The notes: generated by a model from the letters alone, not told the origin. A stretch of 35,058 nt of DNA from Pelomyxa schiedti (GCA_020536535.1 JAHLWZ010000974.1:1-35058); one strand, 5' to 3'. Shown: positions 10,552 to 23,713, counted from the stretch's first letter. Numbers and translations: made by a program.

Positions 10552-13500
10552 TTATGAACGCTTGTGCAGTCCATTCATGAATTCGGTGTAGGATGGAAGG
10601 CCCAGGCACTTGTCAGTTACAGCGTATTGCAGGAAATGCAATTTTTCCGCTGGACACCACTCACGGCATATCTGTAAGTGCTGTGGCCATGAGTGGCACT
10701 GCTTGAGGTGTGTAATAAGGCGCCGGACACAAACACTGTACTCGTTATCTAGCTCAGGAAGCTGATTCTGGTGTGGCAAATATGGGAGAGTTGTGGGTTA
10801 GTTATTGTTTGGAAGAAGCAGGATTCATAGTGGCATTTTGGTACCTGAATGGCAAAGCAGTCATTGTCAGATAATCGGCCGGAAACCCCGAAGAGACCCC
10901 CGAGAATTTCGAGGGGTGCATTATTGCCAACCCACAGGAGCAATCCCATGGTAGTATCCATTAACATCACAGACGTTGTGGTGATACTCTCACAAGACAG
11001 AGCGCACAACGGTGGCAACACTGTTTGCCCCTCGGCATTCGTTGTCCCAACCTGCATAAGATAATGTCATTTTGTATGTTGAAGTAAAATGGAGGAAAAT
11101 ACATCTGAAGTAATGTTGCTTAAAGAAAACAATCGTGGGTGCACAAAAATTGCAGTTTCTTCCACGGGCATAGACCGCAATGCTGTGGTATAAAACACAC
11201 GTTCATCAGGTCTAAGAATTTTGTCAGATCTAGGGGGGAATAGCTTATGTGTCTTGAAAGTACCTCAGGCTCTGGCCACCTGGTCTGAACACTGCGTTTT
11301 TAATCAGTGCTAAAGCATAGAGAGGCATGTTTGTCAAAGTTTCAGGAATGACCACTTGTGGAGAAGTGTGGTTGTGAACAGATGCCCGATACGCATTAAG
11401 AGTGTCAACGAGTCTCCGCACTATGGCTTCGCGAACAGTTGAAAGCTTTGTGGTGGGAATCTTCTCAATTGCTGAAAAATGTTACAGGAGGTACTTCAAA
11501 AAAAGGAGTTCACCTGCTCGCGCAGTAAGGTTCAGAAAAGCCTCAACGTCAATAGATTTAAATAGTTGGTCTACTGTGCTTACAACAGGAAGACACAGTG
11601 TGGACACACGGATCCTCCGTTGGCCGTCCATGGAAGTGTACCTGTGCAATTCAAACTAAGCAATGTTTTAGACAAGAGGAGGGAGTACAGGAGAGCATTT
11701 TGTAAGTAGCAATATAGAGAATTGATGTTCTCATTGACATTGAGTTGTACTGCTACGCTTTGACTAGCATCAACAGAGGGGAGAGCAAGAAGATCGGAAC
11801 TACGGATAAAGAAGTTGCCAAAATGGCCTTCTATTGTTAAACCTGCATGATGTCAATCAGATTTAGCTAGGGGTGCACTATTTCGCACTACCTGCACTGC
11901 AACGTAATCTAATAACAGCTTCAAGGGCACCCTGACTTGCAAGACCTTGATTTAAGTCATCTATCAGCTGTTTCTCGTGACGCTCGGGAGAGAATGATGG
12001 GTATCGGTGTAGCCTACCCGATGTAATTTTAGGGAGTGAACCTTTGATTGATTAACGAAGAAATTGTCATTCTTGTTTCAGGAAGTACTTATTGTTGCCA
12101 AGTCACAGAAATTTGCAGTTGTGTATATATCAGCAGAGGTGTGTTGTCGTGAGAGTTCCAGTGCAAGATCTTTGTAAAAATCTCCAGCATCTGAGGCAAG
12201 AGGCAAAATCAAAGGCATCTCCTTATCATCACCAAGCAATTTGAGGTCTTCACGGCTTGGGAGGGCACCTGCGCCAAGAGAAGGAAGATTGGAGAGAAAG
12301 GATACAATCTTCCCTCCAATAGGGCTCTTGTGATTTGTTGATTATTTCTTAGAAAGTCACATTGAAAGGGTGCGAAAGCATACAATAACATTGAAAGCTC
12401 CTTGCAAAGCAGGCCCGAAAGCACATCCAACTTGTTTTGAATTCGAGAAAAAATTCGGTAGTTTGGCAAGGAATTGTGTCACCATAGCCTTGCCCTCACG
12501 CAGGCTGACAAGAAGTTGATTGGGTACTGGCAAGGCGATATTATTGATATCCGGAACAACCATCATACGGGGTTGGGAGAGTTTCGGCTAACACCAGTTA
12601 ACACAAAATATAAAATTATTAAGGAATACATCAAACTGGTAAAAATGGACTGTATTATTGAAGGTGACAAATCCAACTTTGTTTCTTATAGGGCAGGCTG
12701 AATTGTTTTTTATTGGGTGAGTGAAAGGAATAGAAACAACCATTAACCACACATTCAATAAACTGAAGTATAGCTTTTGCCACAACAGCTACTAAGCCAG
12801 AGGACAGTGCAGGATATGAAACATCAATCACAAAGACATAACCAGGGGGTTGAATTTGCCGTACAAGATATTCTGACGGAGCAACCATATCAACACAGCC
12901 CTGTGAGTGTTGACATGTGACCCGACCAATAGAAAACTCAAGTGAGGCTTACATATGTAAGTTCTGGTCGATCAGCAAGATCCTTGCGTAGTCCAGTTGT
13001 TGGAATAATAGGAGAAAAATAGTCACTTGGTACTGGGGAGTATATCACTGTGAAGTGCAAGGCTTGGTTTGGGAGGTACCTTGGTTGCTGTAGTCGCAAA
13101 TATTGCACTTCCATGTGCTCCCATTGTTGAGCCACTGAACAAATGGGTTTACATAAGTGCGGCATGTCCTGCACCGCACCATTTTCCCAAGATTCACAAT
13201 TGGAACCTATATACCCGAGTTGTAAGGTTAGACAGGAATTTTGGGGGTAGAACGGAAAGAATTCGAGCATCAACCTCTTCATCAGTAACAAATGGGTGGA
13301 TAATGCACCCCAGAGGAACAGCCTTGGCCAACTGTGGGGTGTTTGGAATTGCAGTAGTAGTGGTTCGCAGAAACCGGCGCGAGCAGTTCCACTTTGCCAA
13401 ATTGTTTGCTATGTTTTGGTGGTACAGCTGCTGGTACCCCGTCGGCGTCCCCGGGGGTCCCATAACCGTAGTATTCGTCGCCGAATTCGCCGGGGGTCTA

Positions 13501-13892
13501 GCAGGCGACGTCGTCATCGAAGCCGGGGAAGGCAACGCCGAGACTGCGCCGGTCTGTGTTGAATTCGACAGCGGCTCGTCGTCCTCAGGCCCAGAGTTTG
13601 CAAATGCAGCCGGGACCAAACTGTTCAAATCAGCTGGCACAAATGACCCCCTGTGTTGTTGTTGTTGTTGTTGTGTTTGCTGTGATGACGGCTGTTGTTG
13701 CTGAGGAGGGATTTGGGGGGGGACCAACTGGGCCGGCTGCAGTTGCTGTGGTGTTGATGATGACGTGGCAGGGGTTGGAGCAACGAACGGGGTGTTTACG
13801 GCCGCAGGAGTCGTCGACGTAGTGGACAAGAGCGGAGGGGGTGCTTGTGTCATCCACTGTTGTGCTTCATTCTTGGGGTACCTTCGTGCCAT
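10552..13892 (-). CDS. SEC24: COPII coat protein Sec24
   Basis: Pro/Gln-rich N-terminus. Sec24 motifs: FLRTTTTAIP..VPLGCIIHPF, zinc finger VRCRTCRTYVNPF...WKCNICDYSN, DLADRPEL, VAPSEY..QPPGYVFVIDVS (trunk), KVGFVTFNNTVHFY, MMVVPDI, EAVIRLRCS, GHFGNFFIRSSDLL, gelsolin-like segment, and C-terminal SYTEFMNGLHK. Many short introns. Confidence 0.95.
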
Positions 13893-14081
13893 CCCCTAAT
13901 CTGTTTCTTTGGTTGGTTTTTTTCTCTGCCCTGCTTGTTCCCTCAGGGTGGTCCACGTCCCCACTATCGCCTTTGGTAAAAAAAAATTTTTTCGTTTTTT
14001 CCTTTTTGATGTTTGTGATTGGGCCAGGGGCTAATTTTGGCCGCCACTTTTTCAACAAAGAAGGGTCATTCTCCAGTTCTG

Positions 14082-17000
14082 TTATGTTCTCCTTCTCTTG
14101 GGGTTGTTGGTGGCTGGTGCTGAGTGAGCTGGGGCATTGGGTGGCCTCTTGCCTGTTGCTGTTTCTGTGGGTGTGTTTGGTGGTTGTTGCGTAGCAGCGA
14201 GATTGGCTTGCTGCTCCGGTTGCTGCTGTTGCTGTTCAGTGGATCGGGAACGAGCCGCTTCTTGCTGTTGCTGCCGCTGCATTTGCTTGCGGCGAGCTTC
14301 GTTGGCCAATATCTGCCTCAGCTGGTCCTGCCGGGCCTTTGCCCTGGCCGCAAGAGCCCTGGGGCTTTTACTTTGCTCAGTCCTTTGTCTCTCAGCCTGG
14401 GCGAGCCTTTTAACTCGGTCCTCCTCTCGGAAAACGCCAACGCGCTTGGCGTCACCTTCCTTGGTTTTGACGAGGTCGGATATCTTCTCCAGTTTGCACA
14501 CAAAGAATCCATCAAGGTTATGTGTATGAGGGTAGTAACGCCTAGAATCTGGGTCAAAGCGATGGGAAAAAGGAAATTCTCGTACATGGAAAGTTTTGTG
14601 CTGGGGTGAAAGCGTTTGTCGGTCCATTTCGTGAAGCCTGGGGTGCCAAATGGCAATCTACGGAAAGTGAATTCATTTTCACTAACTGATCAATTGGTAC
14701 CCAGTTGGGACAATACGAACATCACGTTTTCGGAGAGCGTAGTTGACGATATTTTCATTTTCTTCGACGGTAATTGAACAAGTGGAATACCTAAGTGAAA
14801 GTCAAATGCGAAAAGAATCACATGTGCCACTTACACAAGAATTCCTGGCTTTCCAGGTGCACATTTCAAGGAGTCAATCACTGCAAGTATCAATTCTTTT
14901 TGAACTTTACAACATTCATAGATGTCTTTGGCACTCTATTCAATAGGTTAAGACAGTACTGAAAGATGAGGAGGAACCTTAGAGAGTTTAATAGAGGGAT
15001 CCCTGGATATTACACCAAGACCAGTACAAGGAGCATCCAGAAGAATTCTGTTGAAACCATGAATTCTCTGCAGAAATAAGTAATGGAAAATTGCACTGAA
15101 GGTGATTACTTTTGCTAGTAGTCTCCCGTCTTCACAACTGACGAAGGAATTTTGGACACCCTAGGAGTGTGAAAATAGTCTTAGTCAAGAGCTACCATAC
15201 CATTCTGTGTAAATTGGCAACCAGGGCTTTGCATCGTTCTGCATTGACATCATTCGCCAGTAAAATACCAGTGTTTTTCATCATAGCAGCTTGGTTTGAT
15301 TAAAACAACGAGAAAATGCACAAGGTGTACCAATATGCGTTGTTTTTCCTCCTGGGGCTGCACAGGCATCTAAAATATATTCTCCTGGCTTGCGAAAGTA
15401 AACAACAAAAAGAAAGTCTTGTGTCTTGATCTACCTGTGGATCGAGTGCCACAACGGGTAAAAATGAAGCTGCACTCTGTAACATATAGTGACCAGCCAT
15501 GTATTCCGGTGTTGCACCTGTGAAAGGTGAAATAGTTATTTAAAAAGAAGTACAAACCAATGGGAACTTGGGAGTCGTAAACAATCAGGCCAATTTTGGA
15601 CCATGTAATGGGATCTAAGTTGACACCACGGGATATCAGAGTTTGTGCAAGATCTCGTCTCTTTTTGGAAAATTAATTTTCTTTCTAGTTGGTTAAGAGT
15701 CTCACTCGTGTTTTCAGTGTGTTAACTCTGAGTGTAACAGGTCTGGGTTGCTCATTTGCTGCCATAATTTGTAAAACCTGGCATTTCGTTAGAAGTACAC
15801 GGGGAAAAAAGTGAAAGTAGAACCTCTGTCACTGGAAATAAAGACATCAACTTGTTTACAACAAATTTAGAGGTTGCATAATAGAATGACAAGTCATGTT
15901 CTAGCAAACGAATGTAATCTTGACGGGATCGCTTTGGGTCTCTCTCTTCTCTAAAATTGGATAACACTTTTGTCACCTAGGTGGTGTAAATAATTTTGGG
16001 AAGTAGATTTATTAATATTTACCTCGTGTATCCGTTCAAAAATAGCAGGCAAATCTGTACTTTCTGATCGCAGTTAAAGGTTTATTTTCTTTTAAAAAAG
16101 AAAAATACCTATTTCCCTCTTGGGTGGGAAGTGGAATCTGTCTTCCCTAGATTCTGCAGATAAGAGTTCCTTCTTGGACTCACTCTGAACTTTGGCTTGT
16201 TTTTCAACTGTCTTGTGGGCTCGCTTTTCGAACTCCGTTTCCTGTTCCTCCCCATTTGCTTCGACACCAGCCCATTCCCAACCAGTGCCGACTTCTTTAT
16301 TGGTGTCCGCCTGTACTCCTTCCTTTTTGAGTTTTTCTGCCTGCTTTCTGAGTTTGGCTCGTTTGCCCTTTCCAAGGTAATGTCTCTCCCTTCTTCGTGG
16401 TTTTTCATCTTCTTGAGTGGCTTCTGGCTTTTCTGTAGTCGAGTTCTCACCACTCTCATCACCATCCTCCTCTTTCACTGGTGCTTTTGTTGTCTCCTTT
16501 TTCACTGGTGGTGTTGCTGTCACCGTTTTCGTAGGTATTTTTGGCAAACCAGTGTAAGCTTTGTCACCCTTCAAAAACTCATCTCCCCCAAAGTCGTCAT
16601 CGTCATTGTCGTCCTCGTCATCAACAACAATGTTGTGGGTCCCGGGCCGTGTCTCTTCATCAGACCCCGTTTCAGGTATAACCTCGAAATCATCTTTTTT
16701 CGCCCTGGCCTTGAGCTCACGCCATTTGTTCTTTGTGGCCTTCACCTCCTCCTCGTCAACCAACACAAGTCCCTTCGGCGTGACTCTCAGCTTAGGAGCC
16801 TTGAGCACCGACGGCGCAACTTCTCCCTTTGTAGCACCACCCCCCGCCGCCGCCGCCGTCGTCTCCTCGTCCTCCTCCTGCTCTCCCTCGTCACCCTCGC
16901 CATCACCAGCGCCGTCTCCTTCGACTTTATCTTTCGGGCGCGGAGTGCCCTTCACCTTGAGCTTCTTGCCGCCTCGCCTCGTCCTCTTGGCCTTGCCGGG

Positions 17001-17570
17001 CTTCGCGGCCTCCGCGTCCTCGCCTTCCTCGCCCTTGGCGTACTCGGCCTCGTAGTCGCTGCCGCCCCCCTCCTCCTCCTCGTCCTCGCCCTCGCCGGCC
17101 TCGGCGCCCGGCACCACGCCGACCACGGGCTTGATGGGCCGCGGCGCGACCCTCACGCTCACGCCCTTGCCGGCCTTGCCCGAGTCCCTCGCCGCCCTCC
17201 GGTCGGCCTTGCGCCGCTTGGCCTCGCGGCGCTTCTCCAGGTGGCGCTGGAAGCTGGCCTCGCGCTCCTCGGGCGTCCTGTGGTCTATCCTCCTCGCGGC
17301 CTCCTCCGCGTCCGAGTCGCTGTCGCCGCCGCCGCCGACGACGAGCCCGAGGCCCTCGCCGTAGCCTTCGTCGTCGCCGCCTCGCGCCGCGGGGAGCGCG
17401 GCGCCCTCGTCTCCCAGGAGCTCCAGGTCGGCGAGGTCGTTGTTGCGGTCGTCGTCCGACGCGGGCGCGTCGTCGTCGTCGGCACGCTTCTTTCGTGGGC
17501 CTGAGGTCCAGTCACTGTCGCCTACTACCGCCTTGCCGGCCTTGGGACCCTTCGTCCTTTTCGACCACAT
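14082..17570 (-). CDS. NOP2: NOP2/NOL1 large-subunit rRNA m5C methyltransferase with long acidic/basic N-terminal extension
   Basis: Motifs [84 protein letters not shown] and [17 protein letters not shown]; preceded by [18 protein letters not shown]. Confidence 0.95.
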
Positions 17571-17813
17571 CGGCTCGGTGTTTAATTAAACTAATGCAAC
17601 TGCGTAACTCACCGAAAAAGAGAAAGGGAAAATTTAGAAACTCAGGGGAATCACTCCCGGGGCCAATGCACCCCTGCAACACCGCCGTGATCAAAACAAA
17701 CTTTTTCTCAGTCTTTCCTAAGGAAAAGCTAGTTTTTGATGCGGGGGAGCGTTGTGGTTGCAAAAAGAAGCTGTTTAATAAGGAAAAACTTTTTTTTTAT
17801 TTTGGCTTCTTTC

Positions 17814-20488
17814 TCAAGTGAGGGACACGCCATAGAGGCCGAGGTATGACTCCACTTGTTTGGGAATTTCAGCAAGAACCTGTGCCCTCAGTGCCTTCTT
17901 CTTGATCTTCCCACCTTGCATGCAGTCATTCAACTTCACCACCTTTTTTGTTTTATTTTGAGTGTGAGGTGTTAAAGTTACTGTTTGTGTTTGTGTGTTT
18001 TGCCAGAGTGGAGAAACCTGGACAATGTCACGTGCAGCCTTCACTGTCCTGCCATCGGGTGTTGTGAATGTGAGGGGCACTGTGTCAGAGTCGAGTTGTG
18101 ACAAGTGGTGAAAGTCCCTTTCGGGGCCAACTCCAACGAGAACGATGGATATTGGGAGGGCACTGGCTCGAATTATTGCTTTGTGGGTATCTGTTTGTTG
18201 TTGTTTTGTTGTTTAGTTTTGTTTAGTTTGTTGTTTTTGGAAAAAAAGTGGGGTTGCTTCTCCTTCATACAGGTGCTTGTATAATGAATTTATTCAGCAT
18301 TGTTGGTTGTCGAAACGGTTACTTACAATCAATGGTGAATTCATCTCCTGCAACGAATATGCATAGGACCATGTACTCTTGTGGAAGCTTGTTGAGGGGT
18401 GCCCCTTGAACATTCAACTCAAGAACATCACATGCATGGTTGATTGCCTGACACAGACAGTCAAGTTACCTCCATGCCGCTGCAGAGAAATATACCTGAT
18501 AAAAGTCGTGGCCAATGTAGTGCTTATTTTTTGCTCTCCACATGACATCCCCGAAGTCAAACTTTTCCATTTCCATATGGCACATTACGGGGAGGCTCTG
18601 GTTATAGGTCTTGAGTGCTCCCTTGACACCTTTTTTGCAGGCAGCATCATATTTGCTAATCCCAGCGACAGGAGTATACTTGTCCCACAACCAAGCACCA
18701 AAGACAAACCTATCAACACAAACACCAAAAGGAAGCGTTACATGTGTTTAACAGTGGTGAAAAACGAAAAAAAAAAAAAAAAATTACACACATGTGGATA
18801 ATATCGTCACTTGTGTAAGATTTCAGAACCTTTCCTAACGCTCTAAAGCATGTTTCATACTGCCACAACGTTAGCGGAACGGCGCCGAGTTGAGTGGTGA
18901 AAGTGAACCTGGTACCCGCCGATTATTGAGCGTGTCTCAGACTGGAGGGCTGCAACCAAAACTTGATCCAACACCAGCCAGGGGGAAATTTTCAGGCCGA
19001 GGCTGAGTGACTGTAAGAAGGTTACTGGGTGCCAGATGTTGAGATATGTTCTTTCAGAGTTGGTGACAATCGGATGCGACTGAAGCGATTCCACTCCCTT
19101 GGCCATCAGATGCCGGTGCAGAACTCTGTTGATTATAGTGATGGTTACCTGTTTCCCAGCGATTATAATTCGGCCATTGTGGAAGGGAATAAGAAGCATA
19201 CAGTTCCAGTGGGGGTGACAGGACAAATCTTTGTTGTCACTCCAGGGGGCAAACTCCTCAGTCCAGGGGTGTCAAAGGGGAATAGACAACTTCCAAGAAA
19301 ATCATCTTTGAACGTGTCATGATCGTAAATACGAAATATACCACCAGAGTCTTCATTTAGTAATGTGAATCAAAGGGAAAATGTGAAATGCAACAACGCT
19401 TTGGGAATCCAGTGATATCAACCTTTTTCCACTCTGGATTTAAAGTCTTTTTTATATATTCACTCTTATATATAACCGTATCCTCTTCCCACACTGTGAA
19501 GAGAATCAATTGTGGGTTTGGGGAGACAAAGGACTTCACCAAAATAGGGATCTGATGTTCCTCCTCTGTCAGCAGCACGCAGATTTGACGCACTGACTTT
19601 AAGATGCACTTTAAATTCATATTCCCTTCATCCAATTGTCAGTGGATCAAACTGGGAGAAAAAGACAACCATCTAGGATTTGTGTAGACCTCTCTGATAA
19701 CAAGTTGATCCCCAACAAGAGGAGGAATGAAGGAGACACCAGGCGGGGCAATATGTGACATGAGCTCCAAGGCACGCACAAGAAGCTTTCCAGGCATCAA
19801 AGGTGGGTGCTGCTTCACAGTGATTACTTTCCCAGACTTTTTTGTCACTTGAACAATTGGAAGAGGGCTGTCCAGGTGCTTGATTGTGTACCCCAAAATA
19901 AAAATAAAAAAAGAAAACAAAGCAGTCAAAATGAGGCATAGAGAGAGAGAGAGAGAACGTCAAGAGAATGAAACTTGCCTCATGGAGGTCAAGGAAGTGA
20001 GGTGCACATCCTGTTCGGCTCTGCTTGAAAGCCAACTTGACCAGCTTGCCCAGTTTTATCTTTGTCTCCCAAAATCGTGGTTGTCCTTCAAACAGCACAC
20101 ACAGGATGAACTTCATGCTGTCCGCAAAACAATACTGCACCACAACCGGAACCGAGAATGATGTCACCAGCGCGGGGTTGAACGAATCTGCCTCAGTAGC
20201 ACCGTGAGGGCTTACACTTGGCGGCGGCGTGGTTGGTGTTATCCACTCAGTCTGGCCAACAACAAGAGGTGGCCCTGTGTTCTTCTTCCCACTTTCCACA
20301 TACACAACAACCTGTCATTTATTATTATCCCACAAGAAAGTACAAGAGTCTGGGGGGGTAAAAAAAACCAAACCAGTGTGATGGCAAAAACAAACCTGAC
20401 ACCGAGCGTGGACGTTGTAGGTGGAGAAGAACAAGTGCAAGGGAATCCCTGTGCTCGTTGTTGCTGCTGTGGTTGTTGTTGCACTCAT
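17814..20488 (-). CDS. Divergent copine-family protein (C2-C2-VWA)
   Basis: ATG 20488 (MSATTTT..LFFSTYNV). C2A-like VVVYV..GQTEWI..FNP; C2B YKSEYIKKTLNPEWK and IYDHDTFKDDFLG; copine VWA motifs AIIRASALPISIVLVGVG, LDSD, AARDIVQ and VLAEIPKQVESY. Confidence 0.85.
19879..19978 (-). other. GC-AG intron (100 nt) in the copine gene
   Basis: Donor GAG|GCAAGT matches the GC-donor consensus. The intron interior is T/CT-rich. Acceptor AAG|CAC joins DLHE to HLDSPLPIVQV in frame. Confidence 0.7.
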
Positions 20489-20704
20489 CCTCTATGTCTT
20501 TTCGGGTTTCTTTCTGTACTGACACAAAAAAAAAGCCGGCCGTAGTCTGTGAGGCATTCTGTTCTTTTTCCTGTTACTGGTCACAGTGGTTCTCTGATAC
20601 ATTAATCCACAACATCAAGTTTGGCTTGTTTTTTATGTGTTATGTGTGATGTGCTAAAAGCAACAACATTCGCGAACTTTTTTTCCCTTAAGGCAAATGA
20701 CAAT

Positions 20705-22304
20705 TCACTCACTACCTTGACTTATCAATTGCACTATGGGTGAGAACACTCTTTGGGGTGCATCCTTTGCCCATACAACATCCATGTGGGAGTATCCTTC
20801 CAGGTCAGTGTAATGAATGATTTTGCCTGTTGACTGTTCTTTGATGGCTTTGGCCAGGGATTGGCTGTCCACAAGGCTGTCGTTTCCTGCATGGAAGATT
20901 GCCACATTACAGTTTACATTTCTGAATTGGTAGTTTTCAAGAGCAGTGACACTGTCCACTTCGTCACTACTGATTGCCTTGCTGTAATTGACGGGTGTTC
21001 TCAGTTTGCACAATCTCCCGTTTCGCAAATTCGTGAACCAGTGGCCTACTAAACGAGAAGAAACTGCAACCGGTGTGAACTGGAAGTAAGTCGGCCGCCG
21101 CCATCTTTGCCAGCGGTTGTCATTCCAGGAGAATAGATAGTTGAATACAAGGTAGGCCAGGTTTCCAAAGAATGCTGCAGAGGAATATCTTTGTATCTTC
21201 ATAGAATAAGGATTTCCGAAAAGGAGAGAAACTACATACAGTGAGCATGAGTGGGATGAAGGACTGGTGCCCGAAGAGAATTCTAACGAGAGTAACATTC
21301 ATTCTAGCGAGCAGGTGCTTAACTATCCACTGAGGAGGAGGATGAACAAACACCGCAGGCGCAAGTCCAACGAGTACACTGATATCATTGGCCAACAAAG
21401 GGTGACTTTGCAGTGCTACAAACGCTTGTGCAGCTCCCTGAGAGTGCCCTATGTAAGCCACTTTGGCGTGTGATGTGGTCTGCTTAATGAAAGAAATTGC
21501 AGCAGGCACGTCAAAGTGTCCCAGCTCATCCAGCCCCCAGTCCCAAAATCTAGGATCCTTCGCACTGGCTTTTCGTTGGAATAGTAAAATAAAAAAGCAA
21601 ACAGCTTACCTCAGGAACTTGTGCAATGGATAAGTAGCCCTGGAATTCATCAGCCACACATCAAGACCTGCCTTTGCAAGGTGAACTGCCAAACTCCTTT
21701 TAGAACCAGCAATTAGAACCCCGGCGCCGGTCAGCACGCCGTGAGCGCACAAAACAGGAAGGAAGGACTTCGAGCCGGCCAACTTGGGGTCGAAAACCCT
21801 GTGAGTCAGCAGAATGTGGCCGTCCTCAGTCGGGACCATGTGCTCCTCGTATTTTAGCCCGTTGTGCTCAGCAATGACCCTGACCTCGCTGGTTCTAACG
21901 TTGTCAGTCCCATAATCCGGATCGTCCTTGGCAATGTCACTTTCCACTTCCGCCTCCGGTGCTGCTAATTCCGAGTTCGCCGGGGATTCAGATTCAGATT
22001 TTGCTCGCGGATTTGACTTTGACCTCTCAGCTTTTCCACTGGCACTTGAGCCTCTGAGCTTGGTCTTGATCTTGGCCGAGATACAGTCCACAACGCCGAG
22101 AATGACCACGCATGTCAAAAGCAAGGCACCAAAGCCCTGCAGCGCCAGGGCAATGATGTCAATCGCCAATGTCCCCCCAAGCGTCACAACAGGCACCGCG
22201 GTTCCCATCAAAACCTGCCCCAGCCCCACCCAACTTGGTCCTGAGTAGGATGATGGTGCAGGTACGCCGCCGTTTTCGCCAACTCCCATAATTGCAGTAG
22301 TCAT
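20705..22304 (-). CDS. Alpha/beta-hydrolase of the lysosomal acid lipase / sterol esterase family, with N-terminal hydrophobic membrane segments
   Basis: YEEHMVPTEDGHILLTHR, LCAHG, SLAVHLAKAGLDVWLMNSR, FWDWGLDELGHFDVPAAI; nucleophile elbow GHSQG, catalytic Asp GNDSLVD, catalytic His YSHMDVVW. Start ATG uncertain (22304 chosen). Confidence 0.92.
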
Positions 22305-22594
22305 CGTAGTGGTGGTAGTAGTGTCTGAGTGCTGAGTGACGTCGTGGCCGTAATGAAACAAACGCTCACGGTTTTGGTTGGTTGTTGTTTTGGAATTTGG
22401 TTTGACGCCAATAGGAGCATCCTCCTATCCATTTTTTAAAATCACATAGCCAGACAGTCAGGCACACCAACCCGACAGGCAACAAAAACGGCCTACCCGC
22501 ACTTTTATTTCACACTTTTTCAGTTGATCCTTTTGGGAAAATGCACCTTCCGTGAATCCATCAATCAAACAAAAGGCAAAAGTTTTTAAAGCAT

Positions 22595-23713
22595 TCAGGG
22601 TAGTTGGGCTAATGCCCAGTCTCGAAGTTGGTTAGTAGGGGGAGCATGAGGGAATGGATTCTGACCACTGAGAAGGGTTGAGAGTGGTGCCTCGTTCCAA
22701 TTGAGTTCCCTGGAAGGAGTTTTGTTAGGTTGGTCATATGGCTTAGTATCTCACTTGTAGAGGTGGTACACAAAAGGTCTCAATCGGCACTCCAATGGGT
22801 TGCTGCTGTAACCCGGAAGTATTACTCCCTTATTGTGATAAACAGCTGATACAACTTGCCTTAGGGGCACCCATCTTGCTTCCTGGTACAAAGTAAGCTG
22901 GATACTGACAAATGAATGCCTGCATACCGCCACTTCAGTGATATTCTCTTGAATCAGACGCTGCTTATGCAGGTTAATTTGCTTTTGCCGCGTCGCCTCA
23001 TCCAAAAATCCAAGCCATATTATAAACAATCCAGTTCCTAGATTCCAAGCACGGTGTCATTGGATTTAATAGTGTTATTTGTATAACACAACAAGCAACT
23101 AGAATAACAAAACAAAGCCAAAAAAAAGCCAAAAAAAAAAAAAAAGTTACCCATAGTAGGAGACACATAGAAGTAGTGCTGGGTGGGGTCACTTAGTGGG
23201 ATCATAAAAGCACTCTCGCAGCCGAAAACGGCCATGCCCTCCTCGTGTGCCTCCCTGGCCGCCGTGTACGCCTCGTTGTAGTCCCCCTGGTCCTGCCACC
23301 CGTGGAAGTGGCACCACCCCACCTTGTCGTTCCTAAACTCCGGCCCCTTGTCCACCTTCCACTGCGCGTCGGGCTGCAGCCCAAGCACCACCATGGGCTC
23401 CCTCCTCCTCCTACCTGTCCCAGTCCCCGTCCCAGTCCCAGTTCCAGTTCCAGCCCCCGTTCCCCCGGTAGCTACCTCGCCTGTTCCCTCGGGCTCCGGG
23501 TCGTCGGTGGTGCAGGTGAGGAGGACGCCTGAGGCGTAGTTGCGGCCGCACAGGGAGTTGGAGTCGTCGCGGTCGCCTGGGGCCGGGACGCGCCAGTAGG
23601 GCTGGGGCACGCACTTGGTCTGTAGCACGACACTTCTATGGAACACAATTTCTGCCTACTTAGCACATGTGGGAGGACAAATGGGACGCACCTCTACGGC
23701 GGCCAGACGCCAT
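22595..23713 (-). CDS. Nudix-family hydrolase with a variant Nudix box
   Basis: WCHFHGWQDQGDYNEAYTAAREAHEEGM matches G-x5-[ED]-x7/8-RE-x2-EE. ASGVLL and VVLG strands upstream; E..EARWVPL downstream. ATG 23713 joins via a GTGCGT...CTAAG..GCAG intron (MASGRRR-EIVFHR). Stop at 22595 after hand splicing. Confidence 0.8.

Noticed and set aside
16197-17504. 435-aa plus-strand ORF antisense to NOP2, and similar antisense ORFs over 5100-6400, 8250-9040, 13069-13704 and 24200-29900
   Set aside because: Shadow ORFs expected opposite GC-rich, low-complexity or long coding exons; they carry no recognisable motifs.
23410-23460. GGGACT/GGAACT hexamer repeats (also at ~5820-5845) as a possible dispersed element or telomere-like repeat
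   Set aside because: Short in-frame coding microsatellites (GT and SQ dipeptide tracts), typical of the low-complexity regions here.
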